From positions 2,439 through 66,438 of the forward strand of contig JAFUWV010000005.1 of NCBI GenBank assembly GCA_017477325.1: a stretch of DNA of 64,000 nt, given 5' to 3'. Origin of the DNA: Paludibacteraceae bacterium (GTDB lineage Bacteria; Bacteroidota; Bacteroidia; Bacteroidales; Paludibacteraceae). This document shows positions 8,174 to 15,653 of the stretch, piece by piece. Made by a program: the position numbers and the translations under genes. The notes beneath the pieces are model-generated. The model saw only the letters and a program-made list of their open reading frames with translations, had not been told where the DNA came from and searched no databases. Each line of letters starts with the position of its first letter. The stretch's first letter is position 1.

Positions 8174-11100
8174 TTAGAAAGTGATGGTGCAACCAATAAG
8201 AGTAGTCATGGCACGTGGATACATGTTTCCGTCTATTCCACCCGACACTTCCGGGTCTAACCCTTTGTAACCTGTGATAACAAACGGATTGCTAACTGTC
8301 GCATACAGACGGGCATGTGAAATCACATTGTTCGGTTTGTTCCACGAGTAGCCGAGAGTAATGTTGTCGCAACGGAGGAAGGATGCATTCTGAACGAAAT
8401 AGTCGGTCAGAACACCGTCGGTCTGGTTGCGAAGATTGTTTTTATCATAATAGTAAGAGTTGAATGCCTCTTTCAGTACACTATGATAGCCTTCGAATTT
8501 TGCATCGTAGATGGTAGTAACATACTGCAACTGGTCTTGGAGTACGCTGTTATATACGTAGTTGCCGATAGATGCACGGAGCGTGATACCAAGGTCGAAG
8601 TTGTAGAACTGCCACTTCGTGTTGAAGCCCATCGTTACTACCGGAGCAGGACTATGGTAGAACTTCTTGTCCTTTGTGTCGATTACACCATCGTTATTCA
8701 AGTCAACACGTGTAAGGTGACCCGTTGCATCGTAAGCTGTCTCATATACATAGAACGATGAAGCAGGGTGACCTACTGCGTGAGCCTGTACTTTCTGGTC
8801 ATTACCTATATTACCGAGGTCGATGTAGTAGTCGGGGTCATCGCTGTTGGTAAGACGGGTAATCTTGTTCATATTCCAAGTGGTGTTAAAGCCCAGATCC
8901 CATTTGAGCTTCTTGTTGTCTATTGCAACTGCATTGATTGAGAACTCAACACCTTGGTTGAATAGTGAACCGATGTTGCTGATAACTCGTGTCTTGAAGT
9001 TGGTTCCTGCAGGAACGTCAACATAGTTGATAAGGTCATCTGTCAAACGATAGTAGTAATCAATTGCACCACTGATACGGTTGTTGAGGAAAGCGAAGTC
9101 TATACCTGCATTATAAGTGGTGGTTTTCTCCCAAGTAAGCTTCGGGTTGTACTCGTTTGGTCTATATGTAGGATAGTAAAGATAGGTACCGTCTGTTACA
9201 ACACCGGCATCTTTCTGCTCCTGAGTCAGTTCTCCTACCAGAAGCTCGCCGACGGTTGAATAAGCACCCGTACCCTCACGACTTGCCACGTAAACAGGCA
9301 GATATGGGAAATCACCTTGGTTGATGTTCTGCTGACCTGTGATACCATATCCGAGACGGAGCTTGAAATCATTCAGCCAGTTGACATCCTTGAAGAAAGT
9401 CTCCTTGATTTTCCAACCGAGAGCGACTGAGGGGAACACACCCCAACGGACATCGGGAGCAAAACGCGAAGACGCGTCTGCACGAACCGTTGCTGTCAGC
9501 ATCACCTGATCCCAGCCTATCCAGTTTGCACGACCGAAGAAGGAAACAAGGTAGCTCTCGGTGGCGGAATCGTAACTCGTGAAGTCCTTGCGCGTGCCGC
9601 GGAGATCTACGTTGTTGTTGGTCTCGGGATAGAAGCCGCCGCCTTCTGAATGATAGTCATTATAGAAATGTTGCCACTCGTAACCTGCCATTATGTCGAA
9701 ATGCTGGTTGGCTTCTGTGAAGTCTTTGTAATATTGGGCGTAAGCATTGAACGACAGATTATATTTGTGCTTCTCCTGCCATCCTTCATAACCGTAATAA
9801 CCCCATGTAGTGTTTTGAGCATACGGAGATATACTGGTTTTCTGCTTACCGTATGAGTAGTCGGCACCGAAGTTTGCATGCAAATGCATATCCTCGAATC
9901 CGTGAATCTTGTAGTCTGCCTCAAGGTTTCCAACGAAAGCACCGGAGTTGGCACGGTCGTTCTTGGTATCAATGATATTGAGCGGGTTGGCTGCCGTCTG
10001 GGTGTTGAACATATAGTCCCAAGTGGGGTCGTTGAGCGAAGTTGCCACCTGAGTACGTCCGTAGTAGCCGTTAAAATGCTCAAATCCGTCAGCCTTGACA
10101 GGTTGGGTCGGGTCGTATGATAGAGCCTGACCTACTACTCCGCCGTCTGCATAACGGTTGTAGATATACATACCCTTCGCATTCAGATTGAACGTGAGGT
10201 GCTTGTCAAGGAAAGAAGGATTGAGGTTCATGCTCGCTGTTACACGTTGCATCTGCGATGTAGGAATAATACCGTTCTGCAGTGTGTAGCCGATTGAGAA
10301 ACGATAAGGCATGTGCTTTGTTCCTCCCGTAAGGCTCACATTGTGGTCGGTCGATACTGCAGGGCGGTAAAGCTCTTTCTGCCAGTTGGTGTTGGCTGTA
10401 CCGAACTTGGCCATCTTTGAGGCCGAAGTACCTAGCTGCTGGGCATAATTGCGAAGCTCGTCTCCAGACATCACATCAAGAGTGTTGGTAAGGGTAGCCA
10501 GAGATACGTTGCCTGAATAGTTGACTTTCAACTTCTGTCCGGCACTACCTTTCTTGGTCGTGATGATGATCACACCATTCGATGCACGAGAACCGTAGAT
10601 TGCAGTTGCAGAAGCGTCTTTCAGTACCGTGAACGACTCTATATCGTTCGGGTTTACCATTGACAACGGGTTCGCAACACCTTGAACACCTTCGTTATCC
10701 ATTGCAAGACCGTCGATAACGATAAGAGGGTCGTTGCTTGCCGACAGAGACGAACCACCACGGATACGGATTGTCGAGCCGCCACCGGGAGTTCCGTCGT
10801 TGCTCGTTACAACAACACCTGCAACCTTACCTGAAAGCATTTCCTGAGCATTGGTGGTCAGACCCTTGTTCATGTCATCGGGTTTGATAGCGGTGACGGA
10901 GCCGGTAGCATCGTTTTTCTTAACGACACCGTAACCTACAACCACCACTTCTTCAAGCAGCTCAGAGTCTTCACCGAGGCGCACTGCCATATTGGCAGCA
11001 GCGGGAAGAGTCTGTGACTTGTAACCCATGTAAGAAATCTGCAATTGGGCATTGGCACCTACGCTGAGTGTGAAGTTACCATCCCAGTCGGTAATAGTAC

Positions 11101-11266
11101 CGTTGGTGGTTCCCACCTCAAGGATACTTGCACCGATGATAGGCTCACCTGTAGCAGCATCAGTCACCACACCCGAAACCGTGGTCTGAGCAAACAGTGC
11201 CATTGCAGGGAGCAAGAGCAACATTAGCGCCCATACACGGATGAGAGAGAATGTTTTGTTTTTCAT
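8174..11266 (-). CDS. susC: SusC/RagA-family TonB-dependent outer-membrane transporter
   Basis: Carboxypeptidase-regulatory-like N-domain (VSGVVTDAATGEPIIGASI), plug region (VVVVGYGVVKKNDATGSV) and terminal Phe (TITF). I place the start at ATG 11266 (MKNKTFSLIRVW). The track start at 11314 is a TTG inside a tandem repeat. Confidence 0.9.
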   Translation of the reverse strand: MKNKTFSLIRVWALMLLLLPAMALFAQTTVSGVVTDAATGEPIIGASILEVGTTNGTITDWDGNFTLSVGANAQLQISYMGYKSQTLPAAANMAVRLGEDSELLEEVVVVGYGVVKKNDATGSVTAIKPDDMNKGLTTNAQEMLSGKVAGVVVTSNDGTPGGGSTIRIRGGSSLSASNDPLIVIDGLAMDNEGVQGVANPLSMVNPNDIESFTVLKDASATAIYGSRASNGVIIITTKKGSAGQKLKVNYSGNVSLATLTNTLDVMSGDELRNYAQQLGTSASKMAKFGTANTNWQKELYRPAVSTDHNVSLTGGTKHMPYRFSIGYTLQNGIIPTSQMQRVTASMNLNPSFLDKHLTFNLNAKGMYIYNRYADGGVVGQALSYDPTQPVKADGFEHFNGYYGRTQVATSLNDPTWDYMFNTQTAANPLNIIDTKNDRANSGAFVGNLEADYKIHGFEDMHLHANFGADYSYGKQKTSISPYAQNTTWGYYGYEGWQEKHKYNLSFNAYAQYYKDFTEANQHFDIMAGYEWQHFYNDYHSEGGGFYPETNNNVDLRGTRKDFTSYDSATESYLVSFFGRANWIGWDQVMLTATVRADASSRFAPDVRWGVFPSVALGWKIKETFFKDVNWLNDFKLRLGYGITGQQNINQGDFPYLPVYVASREGTGAYSTVGELLVGELTQEQKDAGVVTDGTYLYYPTYRPNEYNPKLTWEKTTTYNAGIDFAFLNNRISGAIDYYYRLTDDLINYVDVPAGTNFKTRVISNIGSLFNQGVEFSINAVAIDNKKLKWDLGFNTTWNMNKITRLTNSDDPDYYIDLGNIGNDQKVQAHAVGHPASSFYVYETAYDATGHLTRVDLNNDGVIDTKDKKFYHSPAPVVTMGFNTKWQFYNFDLGITLRASIGNYVYNSVLQDQLQYVTTIYDAKFEGYHSVLKEAFNSYYYDKNNLRNQTDGVLTDYFVQNASFLRCDNITLGYSWNKPNNVISHARLYATVSNPFVITGYKGLDPEVSGGIDGNMYPRAMTTLIGCTITF

Positions 11267-11304
11267 TTTGGTGTTAATTAAAGTTGATATTATTGTGTTA
11301 TTAG

Positions 11305-11437
11305 AGTTTGCCAAGTTTGAGGGGTTTGAGAAGTTCGTAAAGTTTGTAAAGTTTGCTGAGTTTGAGGGGTTTGAGAAGTTTGTAAAGTTCGTTGAGTTCG
11401 TTGAGTTTGTTGAGTTTGTAAAGTTCGTTGAGTTGGA
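11305..11437. repeat. Imperfect tandem array, 9-nt unit (AGTTYGNNN) x ~15
   Basis: Units read off directly: agtttgcca, agtttgagg, ggtttgaga, agttcgtaa, agtttgtaa and so on. The array runs from the MFS stop codon (11438-11440) to 39 nt upstream of the susC ATG. A 27-nt sub-block recurs at a 45-nt offset. Confidence 0.95.
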
Positions 11438-12787
11438 TTAGTCCTTCTTTTCCTTTATAAATATAACTGCGGCAGCGCCAAGGATGAGCAGTGCACCTGC
11501 CACAACAAGCATCATGACCTGACTGCCGGCACATATATGCTGCAGAAGCAAGCCTCCGCAAAGGGCAGCGATGATCTGCGGTAGGCAGATTGTGCAGTTG
11601 AACAAACCGAGAAGTGTGCCCATATACTTACTGCCGGAGATGGCATTGGTGATAATAGTGAAAGGCAGAGCAAGCATTGCCGCCCATGCCGCACCTATGA
11701 AGGCATAGCTAATAAGGAGCACATACTGATTGGTCACAAGCATTGCAGACGCGAAGCCAAGACCTCCGACAACGAGAGAGATGGCATAAGCACCCTTGTT
11801 GCCTGTGTATTTCTCAAGCAAAGGAAGAAGCATAGCCCAGAGAAGAGAGCCTACAGCCTGAATAGCGAAGCAGACTCCCACCCAGTTGCCGGCAGACTGG
11901 AAGGCGGCATCAGCGGTAGAGGCACCATCCCAACCGAAGCATTGAGTGGCAATAGCGCCATTGGAGTAGGTCCACATATACATAAAGGCAGCCCAGCAGA
12001 AGAACTGCACAAGGCCAACCGTCAGGAACGAGCGAACGATAAAGCCGGTATTGGAAGCGCCTTCGGAAGTCTCTTCTTTCTTATTATTAAGTCCGTGGAA
12101 CTCGGCATACTCCTGCGGGTCCATCTCTTCGACAGCGAAGAAGGTGTAGAGTACACAGAGAATGAGGATGGCAGCGCCGACATAGAACGACCACTTGACA
12201 GAGGCGGGGATGACTCCCTCTGGAGCCGTGTTGGCGATACCTATCCAAGTAAAGAAGATAGGGAAGAGGTAACCTACGAGCGAGCCTGCGTTGCAGAGTG
12301 CGGACTGAATGGCGTATGCCGTACCTTTCTGTTCCTCGTTGACCATATCGCCCACCATCATCTTGAAGGGTTGCATGGCTATATTAATAGAAGTGTCGAG
12401 GAACATAAGCGAGAACAGACCGAACCACATGGCGGCATTAAGCCCGAGCCATACACCCTGCTCGAAGGTAAAGTCGCCTGCATTAGGCAGCAGCACCATG
12501 ACAGCAACGGCGATAACCGCACCTATAAGAAGATAGAACTTACGACGGCCAAAGAACTTACCGAACCAAGTCTTGTCGGACAGAATACCGATAAGAGGCT
12601 GAACTATCATACCCATAAGCGGGGGCAAGATCCAAAAGAAAGATAATTGATGAGGGTCTGCGCCGAGAGTAGCAAATATTCGACTAATGTTGGCACTCTG
12701 CAGAGCGTATGCTATTTGAACTCCGAAGAAGCCAAAACTCAGATTAAAAAGTTGTCCGAGGGACAAATTGCGTTTTTCTGTTGGCAT
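11438..12787 (-). CDS. MFS sugar transporter (GPH/SLC45-like), first gene of the starch locus
   Basis: About 12 predicted TM segments. The start is moved to ATG 12787 (MPTEKRNLSLGQLFNLSFGFFGVQ), which follows a -7 box. The track start at 12850 lies upstream of that promoter. Confidence 0.8.
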   Translation of the reverse strand: MPTEKRNLSLGQLFNLSFGFFGVQIAYALQSANISRIFATLGADPHQLSFFWILPPLMGMIVQPLIGILSDKTWFGKFFGRRKFYLLIGAVIAVAVMVLLPNAGDFTFEQGVWLGLNAAMWFGLFSLMFLDTSINIAMQPFKMMVGDMVNEEQKGTAYAIQSALCNAGSLVGYLFPIFFTWIGIANTAPEGVIPASVKWSFYVGAAILILCVLYTFFAVEEMDPQEYAEFHGLNNKKEETSEGASNTGFIVRSFLTVGLVQFFCWAAFMYMWTYSNGAIATQCFGWDGASTADAAFQSAGNWVGVCFAIQAVGSLLWAMLLPLLEKYTGNKGAYAISLVVGGLGFASAMLVTNQYVLLISYAFIGAAWAAMLALPFTIITNAISGSKYMGTLLGLFNCTICLPQIIAALCGGLLLQHICAGSQVMMLVVAGALLILGAAAVIFIKEKKD

Positions 12788-12808
12788 AATTTCAGTTTTA
12801 AAAGCCCG

Positions 12809-12816
12809 CAAAGTTA
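12809..12816 (-). promoter_or_regulatory. -7 box TAACTTTG for the MFS/PUL operon
   Basis: The reverse complement of caaagtta matches TAnnTTTG, 22 nt upstream of ATG 12787. Confidence 0.5.
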
Positions 12817-13013
12817 CTACTTTTATTTCAATAAGCAAAATTTTTTGCATAATTTTCTTATTATTTTTGATATTTTTTAGGAAGAAAAAGTATGTGACAT
12901 ATTGATTTGCAGTAATGTGCTACAGACAGATGCGGATGGGAAAGCAATGCGTAAGGAGCAGGCGGAAGCGCCCCACCCTCTGCGAGAGAAAAGAGACATA
13001 GAAGCGCGACAGT

Positions 13014-13068
13014 TCGTTTACGTGTCGTTTACGTCTCGTTTACGTGTCGTTTACGTCTTTTTTACGTA
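13014..13068. repeat. Tandem array, 11-nt unit TCGTTTACGTS x 5
   Basis: tcgtttacgtg, tcgtttacgtc, tcgtttacgtg, tcgtttacgtc, ttttttacgta. The last base alternates G and C. Confidence 0.95.
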
Positions 13069-13093
13069 AATGAGAGGATTGAGAGTGAGAAAA

Positions 13094-13192
13094 GGGAGTT
13101 AACAGGGAGAGAATCGGGAGCTAATCGGGAGAGAAATGGGAGATAATGGACAGATAATGGACAGATAATAGACAGATAATAGACAGATAATG
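13094..13192. repeat. Tandem array with 11-nt phasing x 9, drifting from GGGAGnnAAyn to GACAGATAATR
   Basis: GGGAG starts at 13094, 13105, 13116, 13127 and 13138, exactly 11 nt apart. GGACAG/AGACAG units then continue at 11-nt steps to 13192. Confidence 0.9.
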
Positions 13193-13289
13193 AAGCTATG
13201 GTGCAGAGAAAATGGAGAAAAAATGAGAATTTGAGAGATTGTAGAGCATTTTTTGCAAGAAAAGACTTGCACAATTGGAATAAAAGTTT

Positions 13290-13297
13290 TAATTTCG
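13290..13297 (+). promoter_or_regulatory. Near-consensus -7 box TAATTTCG (followed by CAC) upstream of recQ
   Basis: One mismatch to TAnnTTTG. It has the same TAnnTTTGCAC-like context as other promoters in this window. It would place the heptamer array in the recQ 5' leader. Confidence 0.35.
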
Positions 13298-13312
13298 CAC
13301 TCTGAATAGGTG

Positions 13313-13402
13313 TTACTGGTTACTGGTTACGGGTTACGGGTGACGGGTGACGGGTTACGGGTTACGGGTTACCGGTGACGGGTTACGGGTGACGGGTTAC
13401 GG
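13313..13402 (+). repeat. Tandem heptamer array (TKACGGG) x 13, G-quadruplex-competent on the plus strand
   Basis: ttactgg x2, ttacggg x2, tgacggg x2, ttacggg x2, ttaccgg, tgacggg, ttacggg, tgacggg, ttacgg. There are six consecutive GGG tracts with 4-nt loops, then three more. Confidence 0.95.
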
Positions 13403-13458
13403 AGGAAGGGGAATGATGCACACGAAGGAAAAAATATCAAAACATATCTTAATAATAT

Positions 13459-15639
13459 ATGAGCAGACACGAAGAACTACTCGAAGCACTGAAGAAGAAT
13501 TTCGGTTTTGACGGTTTCAAGGGGAATCAGGAGGCCATTATTGACAACTTGATGGATGGTAACGACACATTTGTGCTGATGCCGACAGGCGGCGGCAAGA
13601 GTCTGTGTTACCAACTGCCTTCATTACTGATGGAAGGAACAGCGATAGTGATATCCCCTTTGATAGCACTGATGAAGAACCAGGTGGATGCGATGCGCAA
13701 CTATTCTGAAGAAGACGGCATAGCCCACTTTATCAATTCATCGCTGTCGAAAGCAGAGATCCAGTCGGTGAAGGAAGACATACTGGGAGGAAAGACAAAG
13801 TTGCTGTATGTAGCCCCTGAATCGCTTAACAAGGACGACAATGTGGACTTTCTGCAGAACGTTAAGATATCGTTTTACGCAGTGGACGAGGCACACTGTA
13901 TATCGGAATGGGGTCACGACTTCAGGCCTGAGTACAGAAGGATATTGCCGATAGTGAAGCGAATAGGGCGCGCTCCGATTATTGCACTGACAGCCACCGC
14001 CACTCCCAAAGTGCAGCATGACATACAGAAGAACCTGGGAATGCTGAAGGCACAGGTGTTCAAGTCATCGTTCAACCGGCCGAACCTATACTATGAAGTA
14101 AGGCCGAAGACGGACGATGTGGACAAGGAGCTGATAAAGTATATCCGCTCGATGGAGGGCAAGTCAGGTATAGTGTACTGCCTGTCAAGGAAGACGGTGG
14201 AGGATCTGGCGCAGACACTTCAGGTGAACAACATATCGGCACTGCCGTATCATGCAGGAATGGACAGCGCTGTCAGAACGCAGAACCAGGATGATTTCCT
14301 GATGGAGAAAGCGCAAGTGATTGTTGCCACAATAGCTTTCGGCATGGGTATAGACAAACCCGACGTGAGGTTTGTGGTCCATTATGACATACCCAAATCA
14401 CTGGAAGGCTACTATCAGGAGACCGGCCGAGCAGGCAGAGACGGCGGCGAAGGTCAGTGCATCTGCTTCTACTCCCCAAAAGACATAGAACGCCTGAGGA
14501 AATTCCAACAGGGCAAGCCTGTTGCGGAACAGGAGATAGGCAACCAGCTGCTGTTCGAGACACAGAGTTACGCCGAATCGACATTGTGCCGCAGAAAGCT
14601 GTTGCTCCACTATTTCGGCGAGGAGTACGACCAGGACAACTGCGGCAATTGCGACAACTGCAAGAAGACATACAAGATAATAGACGCAGGCGAGTTGCTT
14701 CAAGTGACACTTGAGACGATACAGCAACTGAACGAGAAGTTCAAGGCAGAGCATGTGGTTGACATACTGAAGGGCAACGAGACACAGACGGTGCTGAGCT
14801 ACAAGCACAACGAGCTGGAGAACTTCGGCATAGCAGAAGACGAGGACGAGAGCACGCTGCACGCCATCATCCGCCAGGCTATGCTGACAGGCATCATAAA
14901 GAAAGACATAGAGGCCTACGGAGTACTGAAACTGACCTCGGACGGAAAGAAATTCCTTAAGAAAGGCGGCGAGTTCAAAGTGCCGATAGAAAGCAACGGC
15001 GAGGACGAGGAAGACATGGAGCCGACCATGGCAAGCGGCTCGGCAGCAGACGACGTGCTGTTCTCGATACTGAAAGACATACGCAGGAAACTGTCGAAGA
15101 AACTGGAAGTGCCTCCATTCGTAATCTTCCAGGACCCCAGTCTGGAAGCGATGGCAACAAGCTATCCTATCACAATAGAGGAGTTGCAGAACATACCGGG
15201 TGTTGGTGCAGGCAAGGCAAAGAGATACGGCGAGGAATTCATACATATAATAAAGGAATATGTAGAGGAGAACGAGATTATCCGTCCGGAAGACCTGAGA
15301 GTGAGAACCGTTGCCAAGAAGTCGCAACTGAAGATAAGTATCATTCAAGCCATAGACCTGAGAAAAGACCTGGACGACCTGGCGGAGTCGAAGGGTATGT
15401 CGATGGAGGAGCTGCTGGAAGAGATAGAAGCAATAGTCTATTCGGGCACGAAGCTCAACATCAACTATTTCATCGAAGAAGTGGTTGACCCCGACAAGGA
15501 GGAAGAGATATACGAATACTTCCAGAACGCAGAGACGGACAACATAAAGAAGGCCTTGGAGGCACTCGGCGAAGACGACTTTACCGAAATAGAAGTGCGC
15601 CTTGTGAGGATAAAGTTCCAATGCGAGTTGGGGAGTTAA
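13459..15639 (+). CDS. recQ: ATP-dependent DNA helicase RecQ
   Basis: 726 aa. Motif I MPTGGGKS, DEAH box with the RecQ signature DEAHCISEWGHDFRPEY, a Zn-binding Cys cluster (CGNCDNC) and a C-terminal HRDC-like region. Confidence 0.95.
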   Translation: MSRHEELLEALKKNFGFDGFKGNQEAIIDNLMDGNDTFVLMPTGGGKSLCYQLPSLLMEGTAIVISPLIALMKNQVDAMRNYSEEDGIAHFINSSLSKAEIQSVKEDILGGKTKLLYVAPESLNKDDNVDFLQNVKISFYAVDEAHCISEWGHDFRPEYRRILPIVKRIGRAPIIALTATATPKVQHDIQKNLGMLKAQVFKSSFNRPNLYYEVRPKTDDVDKELIKYIRSMEGKSGIVYCLSRKTVEDLAQTLQVNNISALPYHAGMDSAVRTQNQDDFLMEKAQVIVATIAFGMGIDKPDVRFVVHYDIPKSLEGYYQETGRAGRDGGEGQCICFYSPKDIERLRKFQQGKPVAEQEIGNQLLFETQSYAESTLCRRKLLLHYFGEEYDQDNCGNCDNCKKTYKIIDAGELLQVTLETIQQLNEKFKAEHVVDILKGNETQTVLSYKHNELENFGIAEDEDESTLHAIIRQAMLTGIIKKDIEAYGVLKLTSDGKKFLKKGGEFKVPIESNGEDEEDMEPTMASGSAADDVLFSILKDIRRKLSKKLEVPPFVIFQDPSLEAMATSYPITIEELQNIPGVGAGKAKRYGEEFIHIIKEYVEENEIIRPEDLRVRTVAKKSQLKISIIQAIDLRKDLDDLAESKGMSMEELLEEIEAIVYSGTKLNINYFIEEVVDPDKEEEIYEYFQNAETDNIKKALEALGEDDFTEIEVRLVRIKFQCELGS

Positions 15640-15653
15640 CGGAAAGGACAGAG

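Noticed and set aside
8174-11314. Track start for susC (MANSNNTIISTLINTK...) and similar long N-terminal extensions at 38238, 48565, 53299, 51500, 35386, 27682, 12850, 15621 and 26179
   Set aside because: The extensions begin at non-ATG codons or run through -7 promoter boxes, tandem repeats or neighbouring genes. In each case an internal ATG gives a canonical N-terminus (a signal peptide or a conserved start).
11241-11561. 66-aa (+) and 86-aa (-) ORFs with FEKFVKFV / KLNELYKL periodic sequence
   Set aside because: They are translations of the 9-nt tandem array. The minus ORF also overlaps the MFS gene end. The 3-residue periodicity is a repeat artefact.
3419-12787. Starch-type PUL as a novel system
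   Set aside because: The gene set (MFS, SusC, SusD, SGBP-like lipoprotein, GH13) is a standard Sus-like layout. Only the repeat spacer and the amylase C-terminal tag are unusual, and those are reported separately.
13014-13068. Invertible-promoter (shufflon/Mpi-type) inverted repeats, because the unit contains ACGT..CGT like the Bacteroides inversion-site core
   Set aside because: The copies are direct rather than inverted. No partner inverted repeat flanks a promoter, and there is no nearby recombinase.
13062-13274. 70-aa minus-strand ORF in the PUL/recQ intergenic region
   Set aside because: It is encoded entirely by the 11-nt arrays, and its repetitive LSVYYLSIICPLSVHYL sequence reflects the DNA period.
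14398-15621. 407-aa ORF antisense to recQ
   Set aside because: This is a shadow ORF. The recQ 3' half is rich in GAA/GAG/AAG codons, whose complements lack stops. The product is Leu/Val/Phe/Tyr-rich with no motifs, whereas recQ on the plus strand has unambiguous helicase motifs. The same reasoning applies to 40391-41401, 42334-43341, 53587-54447, 24668-25582, 22824-23615, 16056-16700, 48985-49632 and 51533-52129.
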